A DNA stretch of 64,000 bases from Sphaerochaetaceae bacterium (GTDB lineage: Bacteria; Spirochaetota; Spirochaetia; Sphaerochaetales; Sphaerochaetaceae), in NCBI GenBank assembly GCA_024699225.1, contig JAILPZ010000046.1, positions 1,661-65,660 on the forward strand. Reading direction: 5' to 3'. The notes under the pieces are model-generated. The model made no database searches. It was not told the origin of the DNA and saw only the letters and a program-made list of their open reading frames with translations. The position numbers were made by a program, and so were the translations under genes. Positions 54,065-63,149 of the stretch are shown in pieces. Within the stretch, counting starts at the first letter, position 1; each line of letters starts with the position of its first letter.

Positions 54065-55459
54065 TTAACCTTCAAAATAGTGCTGAGCATTCTTGAATGA
54101 AATGTCCTCAACAACCTTTCCAAGCATCTTCATGTCGGACGGTATTTCGCCCTCTTCTGCCCATGTTCCGAGGATGTTACAGAGTATTCTTCTGAAGTAC
54201 TCGTGTCTCGGATATGAGAGGAAGCTTCTGGAGTCTGTAAGCATTCCAATGAATCTTGTCAGAGTTCCGAGGTTTCCGAGAGTTTTAATCTGCTGTTCCA
54301 TTCCGTCTCTGTGATCACAGAACCACCATGCACTTCCAAGCTGGATCTTGCCCGGGATATCTCCCTGGAAACAACCCATCAGTGTGCCCAGTACGTAGTA
54401 GTCATTTGGATTCAGTGAATACAGAATTGTCTTTGGAAGAAGTCCGTCTGCTTCCATTGAGTCGAGGAACTTTGCAAGCTTAGCTGCATTTACGCTGTTG
54501 GAAACTGCATCATAACCTGTGTCTGCTCCGAGAGCCTTAAACTTGGCACTGTTGTTGTTTCTGATAGCTGCAAAGTGAAGCTGCATGGCAACACCGCGCT
54601 TGGCGTATGCTCTTCCAAGACCTGTCATGATATAGAATCTGTACATCTCAGCTTCTTCAGCAGTAATCTCTCCTCCGTTCATGACACGGCAGAAAATCTC
54701 GTTAACCTTTGAAACAGGAGCCGGAGCGTAAGGAGCGTCAACCAGTGCATGGTCAGATGCGCGGCAGCCGACTTCAATGAAGAAATCAAGACGCTTCTCA
54801 AGAGCCTTAAGAACATCTTCTGCACTCTCGAGTTTCATGTCTGCAGCCTTGCCGAGCTTTTCAATATATGCAGCAAAACCTTCGGCATCTATATTCATGG
54901 CCTTATCAGGTCTGTATGAAGGAAGAACCTTTGCCGGGCTCTTTCCCTTTACTGCAAGGTGGTACTCAAGTGTATCAGCAGGATCATCAGTTGTTCCTAC
55001 TGCATATACGTTGAATTTCTTGAAGATTCCAAAAACGTCAAAGTTGGGATCCTCGGCAAGAATCCTGTTACACTTGTCGTAAATCTCCTTTGCATTTGCT
55101 GCACAGAGGGGCTCTGTAATTCCGAAGTATCTCTGAAGCTCAAGGTGAGTCCAGTGATAGAGCGGGTTTCCGAGAAGCTTTTCAAGTGTCTTTGCCCAGC
55201 TTTCAAACTTAACCCACGGATCATCCACCTGCTCGGTAAGTCCGTTTGTTCTCATCTGTCTCCACTTGTAGTGGTCTCCGAAAGTTCTTGTTCCGAGCCA
55301 TACAGCAGAAATATTGTCAAACCTTATGTTGTTTGCAATTTCCCTGGGATCAAGGTGACAGTGGTAGTCGAAAATAGGCTGGCTTTCAGCATATTCGTGA
55401 TAAAGCTTCTGCGCTGTTTTTGTCTGCAGAAGAAAATCTTCATCCATAAATTTCTTCAT
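54065..55459 (-). CDS. uxaC: glucuronate (uronate) isomerase
   Basis: 464 aa. MKKFMDEDFLLQTKTAQKLYHEYAESQPIFDYHCHLDP is the characteristic UxaC N-terminus. SD GGAAGGAG upstream. Confidence 0.95.
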   Translation of the reverse strand: MKKFMDEDFLLQTKTAQKLYHEYAESQPIFDYHCHLDPREIANNIRFDNISAVWLGTRTFGDHYKWRQMRTNGLTEQVDDPWVKFESWAKTLEKLLGNPLYHWTHLELQRYFGITEPLCAANAKEIYDKCNRILAEDPNFDVFGIFKKFNVYAVGTTDDPADTLEYHLAVKGKSPAKVLPSYRPDKAMNIDAEGFAAYIEKLGKAADMKLESAEDVLKALEKRLDFFIEVGCRASDHALVDAPYAPAPVSKVNEIFCRVMNGGEITAEEAEMYRFYIMTGLGRAYAKRGVAMQLHFAAIRNNNSAKFKALGADTGYDAVSNSVNAAKLAKFLDSMEADGLLPKTILYSLNPNDYYVLGTLMGCFQGDIPGKIQLGSAWWFCDHRDGMEQQIKTLGNLGTLTRFIGMLTDSRSFLSYPRHEYFRRILCNILGTWAEEGEIPSDMKMLGKVVEDISFKNAQHYFEG

Positions 55460-55479
55460 ATCAAACTCCTTCCTGTCGT

Positions 55480-56433
55480 TTATTTGACAAGATGAATGGC
55501 AAATCCTCCGACCTGCTCATTGAAGTAACAGAATGTCATGTTACCCTTTGCGTCTTTCTTGACTGTGCTCTCGTTTACTGTGAAACCGAACTGTGAAAGA
55601 TAGGCAACCGCTCTGTCAACATTATATGTTCTGAAGCCAAGATGTCCATGAACGCCCTTGCCGTTCTGATGCATAATCTCAATATCTTTGTTCATGAATG
55701 TTGATGATTTTCCAACTTCAGGCTTAAGACCGAACAGAGAAAGACTCTTTGCAAGAACTGCTGCATGCTCAGGATTCTCTGCGTTAACACCAAAGTGAGC
55801 AACTGTAAAACCGTGTACGGCAACAACTGCCTGGCGGCAGAGATCTGTAATCTCATCCCAGCACTCGTTCTCAATCATGTCAGCCTTGGCCATCCATGAA
55901 CCGCCGATTGCCATAACATGAGGACATGCTGCATATTCTGCAAGATTGGCTGTTGAGATTCCGCCTGTTGTCATGAAACGAACCTGTGGGAACGGACCGC
56001 AGAGGTTCTTGATCATGGGAACACCGCCGTTTGCTTCAGCCGGGAAGAACTTCAGAACCTTAAGTCCGAGATTTACTGCTCTCTGAACTTCACTTGCTGA
56101 ACATACGCCCGGGTAAACCGGAACGTTGTTTGCCTGACACCAGCGGACTGTATCCTCATCGAGACCGGGAGATACAACAAACTTTGCACCGCATTCTACA
56201 GCCTTCCTGGCCTGCTCTACGTTAAGAACTGTTCCGGCACCAACGAGAATTTCAGGATATGCCTTAACCATTCTCTTGATGGCATCTGCAGCAGCTGCTG
56301 TTCTGAATGTTACTTCAGCACAGGGAATTCCGCCGTCGATAAGAGCCTTTGCAAGGCCTTCTGCCTTGTCAGCGTTGTTAATAACAATTACCGGGACAAG
56401 GCCCAGGTTTTCAATTGTTTTCTCAAGATCCAT
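55480..56433 (-). CDS. eda: KDPG/KHG aldolase (Eda) fused to a C-terminal VOC/glyoxalase-like domain
   Basis: Aldolase core with GIPCAEVTFRT and LKFFPAEANGG (Schiff-base Lys). An extra ~110 aa (HFGVNAENPEHA...GHLGFRTYNVDRAV...GGFAIHLV) resemble a VOC fold. The ATG at 56433 has SD GAGAGG. Confidence 0.75.
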   Translation of the reverse strand: MDLEKTIENLGLVPVIVINNADKAEGLAKALIDGGIPCAEVTFRTAAAADAIKRMVKAYPEILVGAGTVLNVEQARKAVECGAKFVVSPGLDEDTVRWCQANNVPVYPGVCSASEVQRAVNLGLKVLKFFPAEANGGVPMIKNLCGPFPQVRFMTTGGISTANLAEYAACPHVMAIGGSWMAKADMIENECWDEITDLCRQAVVAVHGFTVAHFGVNAENPEHAAVLAKSLSLFGLKPEVGKSSTFMNKDIEIMHQNGKGVHGHLGFRTYNVDRAVAYLSQFGFTVNESTVKKDAKGNMTFCYFNEQVGGFAIHLVK

Positions 56434-56447
56434 GTTATACCTCTCTA

Positions 56448-57482
56448 TCATCTCTGTACGCGTCCGCTGCCGTCGCCCTGGGCGAGGGCAAGAACTTCTG
56501 AAAGTCTTGTAAGATTGAAGTCACCGGGGATGGTGTGCTTGAGGGCAGATGCTGCAACTGCAAAGTTGATGGCAAACTCCTCATTATCTGCATATTTTGA
56601 AAGACCGTAGATGATACCGGCTGCAAAGCTGTCTCCTCCACCGACTCTGTCAATAATATCTGTAATCTCGTAATGTCTTGAAAGATAGAAACCGCTCTGT
56701 CCGTTGAGGGCTGCACCCCATCCGTTGTGGTCTGCACTGTGGCTTTCCCTGAGGCTTACTGCAACATACTTAACGTTGGGGAACTGCTTCTTAACTTCGT
56801 CTGTAAGAGCCTTGTAGGAATTCTTGTCCAGCTCTCCGCTTGTTACGTCAACCTTGGACTCAATTCCGAGACACTTCTGAATGTCCTCTTCGTTTGCAAT
56901 AATAACATCAGCATACTTTGTAAGAACTCTCATGACTTCTACAGCTTCCTTGCCGTACTTCCACAGCTTCTTTCTGTAGTTAAGGTCAATTGAAACCATG
57001 GCTCCTGCCTTCTTTGCAGCCTTCATGGCCTCAAGAGCGCAGTCAGCACAGTTCTGACTTACTGCCGGTGTAATACCTGTTACATGGAACCATGCAGCAT
57101 CTTTCATCATTTCATCAAAATCAAAATCGGAAGGCTTTGCCTGTGCAATTGAGCTGTTATCTCTGTCGTAAACAACAAGACTCGGTCTCTGGTTTGCTCC
57201 GGTCTCAAGGTAGTAGATACCTACTCTTCCACCCTTAGTCATCTTGATATAGGAAGTGTCAACGCCGTGCTTTCTCAGCTCAGCTACGGCACCTTCACCA
57301 ATTGCGTTGGCAGGAAGAGCTGTTGCAAAGCATGCGTGCTCTCCGAAAAGGGAAAGAGAAACAGCAACGTTTGCTTCTCCACCGCCGAATGTGGCTTCAA
57401 GAGACGGACTCTGGAAGAATCTCTCGTGTTCAGGACTCTTGAGTCTGAGCATAATTTCACCGAATGTAACATATTTTGACAT
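56448..57482 (-). CDS. kdgK: 2-dehydro-3-deoxygluconokinase
   Basis: PfkB family with [18 protein letters not shown] and [12 protein letters not shown] blocks. The ATG at 57482 has SD GGAGGG. Confidence 0.85.
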   Translation of the reverse strand: MSKYVTFGEIMLRLKSPEHERFFQSPSLEATFGGGEANVAVSLSLFGEHACFATALPANAIGEGAVAELRKHGVDTSYIKMTKGGRVGIYYLETGANQRPSLVVYDRDNSSIAQAKPSDFDFDEMMKDAAWFHVTGITPAVSQNCADCALEAMKAAKKAGAMVSIDLNYRKKLWKYGKEAVEVMRVLTKYADVIIANEEDIQKCLGIESKVDVTSGELDKNSYKALTDEVKKQFPNVKYVAVSLRESHSADHNGWGAALNGQSGFYLSRHYEITDIIDRVGGGDSFAAGIIYGLSKYADNEEFAINFAVAASALKHTIPGDFNLTRLSEVLALAQGDGSGRVQR

Positions 57483-57672
57483 GCAATCCCTCCTGGTAAA
57501 TGCATAAAATAACGGTCTTTGCCCATAGTAGGACATAATAAATATACATGATTTCTGACCATATTATTTAGTCTTGTTTTTGTATTATTCAGTATTTCTT
57601 TATTTTAAAAAGCAGGAAGAATTCTTTTTCTGTCAGATAATCTGTTGTAAAATAACATTTAAGGAGAACAAC

Positions 57673-58566
57673 ATGTCATTTACAAAAAATGTTCCGGATA
57701 TAGGTTTCAGAGGTCATGATTTCGGAAAATCCGCCTCTGTAGAAGCTCTTGCACAGAGTGCAAAAGACGCTCTTGAGAACTCATGCATTCAGTTTGCACC
57801 GAAGAAGGCCCTGGCCACAGTTCCTGCAGCTCTGGATAAAGAGTGGGCCACCGAATGCGGAAAGATTTTTGCAGAAAAGAACATACGTGTTGCCGTTCTC
57901 GGCTGCTACATCAACCCCGTCCATCCGGATGAGGAGAAGATGGAAGGCGAGCTTAAGAGATTTGAAAATGCCCTTTCAATTGCCCCGTGTATGAATGCTC
58001 CGATTGTTGCCACAGAAACCGGATCGAGAAATGCAAACAACACCCACAACGAGGAAAACTGGACAGAAAAAACCTTCTCACTTTTTGTAAACAACCTCGA
58101 AAGGCTGTTAAAGAAGGCAGAAGAAAACAAAACAATTCTTGCAATTGAAGCTGTAGCTTACAAAAACACAATAGATAATGCAGAAAGAATGCTCAGGGTT
58201 ATGGAGATTTTCAAGCATCCCAACATGAGGGTTCTTTTTGACGCAGTAAACATCCTCCCCGTAAAGGGCGTGGATAACATTCATTCTTTCTACGACGAAA
58301 CTGTTTCTGCCCTTGCTCCTTACATCTGCGCCCTGCACGTGAAAGACTACGTATGGCAGGATGAGGACAAGCAGATTACAGAGCTCCCGGGCCCGTTCAA
58401 AAAGGGAGAAATCCCCGTGGGCGAAGGCCTCATGCCGTGGCCGGATCTCTTCTCACTGTACAAAAAGTACAAGTGCGACAAGGTCCCCATGCTACTTGAG
58501 AACTTCAACCCGGCAACGTTACAGAACAGCATAAGGTACGTCAGAGAAAGCTACGGTTCAGTCTGA
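57673..58566 (+). CDS. sugar phosphate isomerase/epimerase (xylose isomerase-like TIM barrel)
   Basis: 297 aa from the ATG at 57673 (SD AAGGAGA). AP-endonuclease-2/TIM barrel-like pattern (LAIEAV..., LHVKDY). Function unknown. Confidence 0.6.
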   Translation: MSFTKNVPDIGFRGHDFGKSASVEALAQSAKDALENSCIQFAPKKALATVPAALDKEWATECGKIFAEKNIRVAVLGCYINPVHPDEEKMEGELKRFENALSIAPCMNAPIVATETGSRNANNTHNEENWTEKTFSLFVNNLERLLKKAEENKTILAIEAVAYKNTIDNAERMLRVMEIFKHPNMRVLFDAVNILPVKGVDNIHSFYDETVSALAPYICALHVKDYVWQDEDKQITELPGPFKKGEIPVGEGLMPWPDLFSLYKKYKCDKVPMLLENFNPATLQNSIRYVRESYGSV

Positions 58567-58587
58567 AATCAGACAGGGAGAACAACT

Positions 58588-59316
58588 ATGGGAGGCATAG
58601 GAATTGTCGGCGGTGTAGGCCCTCTTGCCGGAACCGACCTTGCGGAAAAAGTATTTAAGAACACAAAGGCACACGTAGACCAGGACCACATAGACCTGTA
58701 TCTGGTCTCCTGCCCGGCAGAAATACCGGACAGAACCGACTACGTCCTCTTTGACGGAGAAAATCCTGCGCCCGGAATCCAGAAGGCTATGGAAAAGCTT
58801 GCCCTCTGCGGCGCCTCCGCAATAGGCATTTCATGCAATACCGCCCACTCTCCTCTCATCCTCTCCCAGGTTAAGATTCCCTGCGGAGTAAACTTTATCA
58901 ACATGATAGACCAGTGCTGCGCCTACTGCGCTGAAAAAGGCTTTAAAAAGGTAGGTCTTCTCGGAACCCTTGGAACACTGAGAAGCGGAATATATGCAGA
59001 CTATTTTAAAAACTATCCAAACCTTACTTTAGTCCTTCCGTCTGAAAAAACACAGGAAGCTGTGCAGGATACAATTTACAACAAGGAAGACGGAATTAAG
59101 GCTCTAAGTGCAGTAAGTGACAGAGTAAGGGAAATAATAACGGATGCAGTGATGGAACTTGCAGAAGAAGGATGTCAGGCAGTTATTCTCGGCTGCACGG
59201 AACTTCCTCTTGTATTTGAAGAAAAGGACAGCCTCAACGGGACTGTCCTTATAGATCCGACTAATATTCTGGCGCGGGCCCTGATTAAGGCAACCGCACC
59301 TGAAAAGTTAATTTAA
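58588..59316 (+). CDS. aspartate/glutamate racemase family protein
   Basis: GIVGGVGPLAGTDL N-terminus with two Cys-containing blocks (ISCNTAH, LGCTELP). SD AGGGAG upstream. Confidence 0.8.
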   Translation: MGGIGIVGGVGPLAGTDLAEKVFKNTKAHVDQDHIDLYLVSCPAEIPDRTDYVLFDGENPAPGIQKAMEKLALCGASAIGISCNTAHSPLILSQVKIPCGVNFINMIDQCCAYCAEKGFKKVGLLGTLGTLRSGIYADYFKNYPNLTLVLPSEKTQEAVQDTIYNKEDGIKALSAVSDRVREIITDAVMELAEEGCQAVILGCTELPLVFEEKDSLNGTVLIDPTNILARALIKATAPEKLI

Positions 59317-60602
59317 CAAAGTTCCTCTGCAGCCTTATAGACAACATCCACAAGACCCGGAATATTCTGGTCGTCTACACTTGAGAAGGCCAGGCGCAGC
59401 AGATGCTCGCCAAGACAGATTGTTCCGGTTTCATAGTCATTAAGAAGCTTCTGCCTCAGATCCTCAGCCCTGCACTTTGTCTTAAAACTCATGAAGTAAC
59501 CGCTGTTAAACGGATAGATTTCAAGAGCCTTGCTTCCCTTGTGTTCAGCAAGAGCAGCCTTGAGAATCTCGTATCTCTTACCGATCTTCTTAATTCCCTC
59601 TTTCTTATCTTTGTGATAATCCGGATCACTCATACCCTTTAAGAGAATATTCTGGGCACTCATTGAACAGTTACTCAGTGTTCCTCTTACTGCTCCCATT
59701 GTCTTCTGAACAAGAGCATCCAGAGCCTCAACACACAGGCCCTTTGAAGCGTAGGTAATAAAGGCTACTCTGAAGCCCCATACCATCTCTTCCTTTGTGG
59801 AAGCGTCACACTTTACTGCAAGAATGTTCTCATGAGCATTATAGAGTTTTGCAAAGAGGCTCTGGGTATTTGTGTTCTCTTCAAAGAAAAGACCAAAGTA
59901 TGCATCATCTGAGATGTAAAGAATCTTCTTTCCCTTATCTGCATGCTTTACAAGAACCTTTTTAATCTCTTCTGCTTCTTCAAAAGTCGGAGTGTAACCT
60001 GTGGGGTTGTTCGGGAAGTTTAGTAGAACGGTAACCTTATCTCCCTTTACGCTTTCAATTGCCTTATCAAGGCCTTCAACGTTAAAGCCGCCCTTATCAT
60101 TGTAGTTGTCAAAAAAGACCTTTTTAGCCTGACGCTGTTCAGTAATAATCAGGTCGTAGTTCTCCCAGTACATGGAAGGAAGAACAACACTTTCATCCTT
60201 GTCTACAAAGAGAGAGAAAACAAGAGAAAGAGCATTTGTAAGGCCGTTACAAACAACCGGCAGAGACATGGTGGCGTCTTTTAAATCAGGATTCTTAAGA
60301 CGCATCTCCTCCTGCCACTTCTGCCTTAAAGCCAGAACTCCGCCCATTGGAGCATAGGGGAAGATTTCTCCTGCCTTCATGGTCGGTGCAAACTGTGCCT
60401 TCATGGCCGGAATATGCATGGCTGTCCCGTTTTCAAGGGCAATTCCAATAGTTGCGTTATACCTTGTAGCCTTCTTCTTGGCTTCTGCGCTCTGGACAAT
60501 TATTCCCTTGGGAACATACATCCTTTTTCCATAATCCGAGAGCATTGAGTAGACCGGTGTCTTCTCAAGAGTTTCGTTCAGTGCAACGGCAAGTTTATCC
60601 AT
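59313..60602 (-). CDS. class I/II PLP-dependent aminotransferase
   Basis: 429 aa with LLNFPNNPTGY and ISDDAYFGL blocks. Specificity not determinable from sequence. Confidence 0.8.
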   Translation of the reverse strand: MDKLAVALNETLEKTPVYSMLSDYGKRMYVPKGIIVQSAEAKKKATRYNATIGIALENGTAMHIPAMKAQFAPTMKAGEIFPYAPMGGVLALRQKWQEEMRLKNPDLKDATMSLPVVCNGLTNALSLVFSLFVDKDESVVLPSMYWENYDLIITEQRQAKKVFFDNYNDKGGFNVEGLDKAIESVKGDKVTVLLNFPNNPTGYTPTFEEAEEIKKVLVKHADKGKKILYISDDAYFGLFFEENTNTQSLFAKLYNAHENILAVKCDASTKEEMVWGFRVAFITYASKGLCVEALDALVQKTMGAVRGTLSNCSMSAQNILLKGMSDPDYHKDKKEGIKKIGKRYEILKAALAEHKGSKALEIYPFNSGYFMSFKTKCRAEDLRQKLLNDYETGTICLGEHLLRLAFSSVDDQNIPGLVDVVYKAAEELC

Positions 60603-60604
60603 TC

Positions 60605-61252
60605 CTATTTTTCTCCCTGCACAATAGCAATCCCGGCACTGCAGCCGAGTCTGTTGGCTCCGGCGTCAATCATCTTCATGGCAGTCTCATAATCCCTGAT
60701 TCCGCCGGCAGCCTTAACGCCAACTTCCGGTCCTACAGTTTTTCTCATAAGAGCAACATCTTCAGCAGTAGCTCCGCCCTTTGAGAAACCTGTGGATGTT
60801 TTCACAAAGTCAGCCCCACCCTCTACAGAAAGGCGGCATGCTCTGACTTTCTCCTCTTCCGTAAGAAGACATGCTTCAATAATCACCTTAAGATGCTTCT
60901 TTCCGCAGGCCTTCTTAACTTCCCTGATATCTTTTACAACCAGGTCATCTTTCTTGTCTTTCAGATACCCTATGTTAATAACCATATCAATCTCATCAGC
61001 ACCGTCAGATACTGCAATTGCAGTTTCCTGCGCCTTTGCAAGAGTGCTCATGGCACCAAGCGGGAAACCTACAACACAGCAGACGTTTACTCCGCTGTCT
61101 TTCAGAAGCTTTGAGCATAAAGATGCATAGCATGTGTTTACACAGACGCTTGCAAAATGCCACTGCTTTGCCTCGTCACAGAGCTTTCTGATTTTGTCCT
61201 CAGTTGCGTCTGCAGCAAGTACTGTATGATCAATATAAGAAGCTATTTTCAT
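60605..61252 (-). CDS. deoC: deoxyribose-phosphate aldolase
   Basis: IDHTVL, ASVCVN and FVKTSTGF (Schiff-base Lys) blocks, 215 aa. SD GGAGGAG upstream. Confidence 0.95.
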   Translation of the reverse strand: MKIASYIDHTVLAADATEDKIRKLCDEAKQWHFASVCVNTCYASLCSKLLKDSGVNVCCVVGFPLGAMSTLAKAQETAIAVSDGADEIDMVINIGYLKDKKDDLVVKDIREVKKACGKKHLKVIIEACLLTEEEKVRACRLSVEGGADFVKTSTGFSKGGATAEDVALMRKTVGPEVGVKAAGGIRDYETAMKMIDAGANRLGCSAGIAIVQGEK

Positions 61253-61307
61253 AATCTCCTCCGTATTTTAAAAATTAACACATCTGAAATGAGCTCGCAA
61301 CAATTGC

Positions 61308-61336
61308 TTGACCTGAGCTTCTATTCGGGCTACTGT
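61308..61336 (+). promoter_or_regulatory. putative sigma-70 promoter TTGACC-N17-TACTGT, with the -10 placed 6 nt before the yigZ ATG
   Basis: TTGACC at 61308-61313, TACTGT at 61331-61336, ATG at 61343. No SD is present. Confidence 0.4.
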
Positions 61337-61342
61337 TTTTTC

Positions 61343-61960
61343 ATGCTGATTCTCAAGACGGAACGCCAGGTGGAGCTGGTTGTTAAAAAATCAAGATTTA
61401 TAGCAATTGCAAGAAAATGCACCACGCCTGCAGAGGTAAAAACCCTTGTAGATGAGACAAGGCGTCTTCATCCGTCAGCAAATCACGTTGTCCACTGCGC
61501 CGTTATGGGAAACCAGTTTTCCTTCAGTGACGACAGGGAGCCGAAGAACACCGCGGGCCGCCCTGCTTTTGAGGTTCTCAAAGGCAGCGGAATTTCAAAT
61601 ATATGTGTTCTGATTGTCAGATACTTTGGCGGCACCCTTCTTGGAACAGGTGGCCTGGTCAAGGCATACGGAGATTCAGTTAAGGCTGTTTTAGACGGAA
61701 TAGAGACAGAGGAGCTTACAGAAAAAACACGCTTTTCCCTGGTCTTTGGCTATGAGTACTATGAGAGTCTTAAAAGAGTGTTTGCAGAAACTGAAACGGC
61801 CGTTGAGCAGGAAGCCTTCGGAACCCACATAAACATAATTGCAAGCACCCCGAAAGATAATTATGAAGAACTGATAAAAAAAGTATCCGACCTTACCAAC
61901 GGTAAAACACGGCCGGACACAATTTCGGATGGAGAGGGATTCGAACCCTCGGTACAATAA
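61343..61960 (+). CDS. yigZ: YigZ / IMPACT-family protein (UPF0029)
   Basis: KKSRFIAIA, SDDREPKNTAGRPAFEVL and VRYFGGTLLGTGGLVKAY blocks. The start at 61343 was chosen over the track start at 61157, which overlaps deoC. The last 35 nt overlap the tRNA gene. Confidence 0.75.
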   Translation: MLILKTERQVELVVKKSRFIAIARKCTTPAEVKTLVDETRRLHPSANHVVHCAVMGNQFSFSDDREPKNTAGRPAFEVLKGSGISNICVLIVRYFGGTLLGTGGLVKAYGDSVKAVLDGIETEELTEKTRFSLVFGYEYYESLKRVFAETETAVEQEAFGTHINIIASTPKDNYEELIKKVSDLTNGKTRPDTISDGEGFEPSVQ

Positions 61961-62016
61961 AGAAACTGTACGGCAGATTTCGAGTCTGCTACCTTCGACC
62001 TCTCGGACATCCATCC
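61926..62016 (-). tRNA. tRNA-Ser (anticodon CGA), long variable arm, CCA not encoded
   Basis: Minus strand reads GGATGGATGTCCGAGAGGTCGAAGGTAGCAGACTCGAAATCTGCCGTACAGTTTCTTTATTGTACCGAGGGTTCGAATCCCTCTCCATCCG. Acceptor stem GGATGGA/TCCATCC, anticodon stem GCAGA/TCTGC with loop CTCGAAA, T-arm GAGGG-TTCGAAT-CCCTC, discriminator G. Confidence 0.85.
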
Positions 62017-62105
62017 AAACCACAGAGATGATACACAATATTTTTTCTTAAATCACTATCTTTACCAAACAATTGTTTGACTGTATCCTTTCGCCGGAGA
62101 AAGAA

Positions 62106-63038
62106 ATGTCAGAGAAAACCAGACCCAGCAACGAAAAGATAGACAAGGCCTACGCAGACTTTGCAAAAGACCACTACGAAAGAGGTTCAGAATCAGATTT
62201 TCACACCCTGCTCGGTGTAGTCTTAGGCTCAGTTATGATGGCTGCAAACTTTGCCCTGCTGCTAAAACCCGCAGGACTTATTACTGCAGGTTTTTCAGGC
62301 ATAGCCCTTCTGGTTCAGAACATTGCCCAAACCTACTTCAACGTGAACATCCCGTTCTTTGTAGTCTCTCTTCCTTTAAACCTTATCCCGGCTTCCGTAG
62401 CATTTAAGTACATAGGAAAGCGTTTTACTCTTTTCAGCATTCTTTCAATTGTTCTGGTTGCCATCCTTACAGACCTGCTTCCGGTAATAAAGATTGTAGA
62501 TGATATAGTTCTTGTTTCTGTTTTCAGCGGCCTGCTTCAGGGTTTTGGAATCTCTCTTATTTTAAGATCCGGCGCCTCTTCAGGAGGTACGGATTTCATC
62601 TCCATCTACTTCTCAATCAAGAAAGGTGTTTCCGGCTTTAACATGATCTTTGCCATAAACGCAGTTATGGTTCTGGTTCAGGCCGCCCTCTTCGGTCTTG
62701 AGATAGCTCTTTACACAATCATCTACCAGTTCGTTACAACCCAGATGATTAACATGATGTACAACCGCTATTCAAAGAAGACCCTCTTTATAGTCACAAA
62801 TTTCCCCCAGCAGGTTGCAGATGCCGTTATGACGGTAAGCCACCACGGAACAACCATTTTCAACGAGATTACAGGAGCCTACACAGGAGAAAAAAGATAC
62901 CTGGTCTATTCAGTTGTCGGAGCATCCGAATTAAACCAGGTAATTAAGGTTGTTAAAGGAACTGATTCCTCAGCCTTTGTAAATATTGTCAAATCTGAAA
63001 GCGTTCTGGGCCGCTTCTTCCAGCGACCGTTCCGCTAA
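62106..63038 (+). CDS. YitT-family membrane protein (DUF2179 C-terminal domain)
   Basis: Multi-TM N-terminal region with SGGTDF, plus a C-terminal DUF2179-like block (TIFNEITGAYTGEKRYLVYSVV..ELNQVIKVVKGTDSSAFVNI). The ATG at 62106 has SD GGAG; the track start is TTG. Confidence 0.75.
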   Translation: MSEKTRPSNEKIDKAYADFAKDHYERGSESDFHTLLGVVLGSVMMAANFALLLKPAGLITAGFSGIALLVQNIAQTYFNVNIPFFVVSLPLNLIPASVAFKYIGKRFTLFSILSIVLVAILTDLLPVIKIVDDIVLVSVFSGLLQGFGISLILRSGASSGGTDFISIYFSIKKGVSGFNMIFAINAVMVLVQAALFGLEIALYTIIYQFVTTQMINMMYNRYSKKTLFIVTNFPQQVADAVMTVSHHGTTIFNEITGAYTGEKRYLVYSVVGASELNQVIKVVKGTDSSAFVNIVKSESVLGRFFQRPFR

Positions 63039-63053
63039 ACTCCCGAAAAAAAA

Positions 63054-63129
63054 TCAGTAAAAATTTAAAAAATTAAAAATATTACTGACAAACTCAGTAA
63101 AAAAATTAAAAAACGAAATTTTTACTGAC
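63054..63129. repeat. tandem pair of 36-nt AT-rich inverted-repeat units (TCAGTAA...TTACTGAC), 4-nt spacer
   Basis: Unit 63054-63089 is TCAGTAAAAATTTAAAAAATTAAAAATATTACTGAC. Unit 63094-63129 is TCAGTAAAAAAATTAAAAAACGAAATTTTTACTGAC. Same family and orientation as 45306-45383. Confidence 0.8.
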
Positions 63130-63149
63130 CTACCAAACAATTTCAGGAG

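Noticed and set aside
61157-61342. 62-codon N-terminal extension of yigZ
   Set aside because: It overlaps the 5' end of deoC on the opposite strand and has no YigZ homology. A TTGACC-N17-TACTGT promoter precedes the ATG at 61343.
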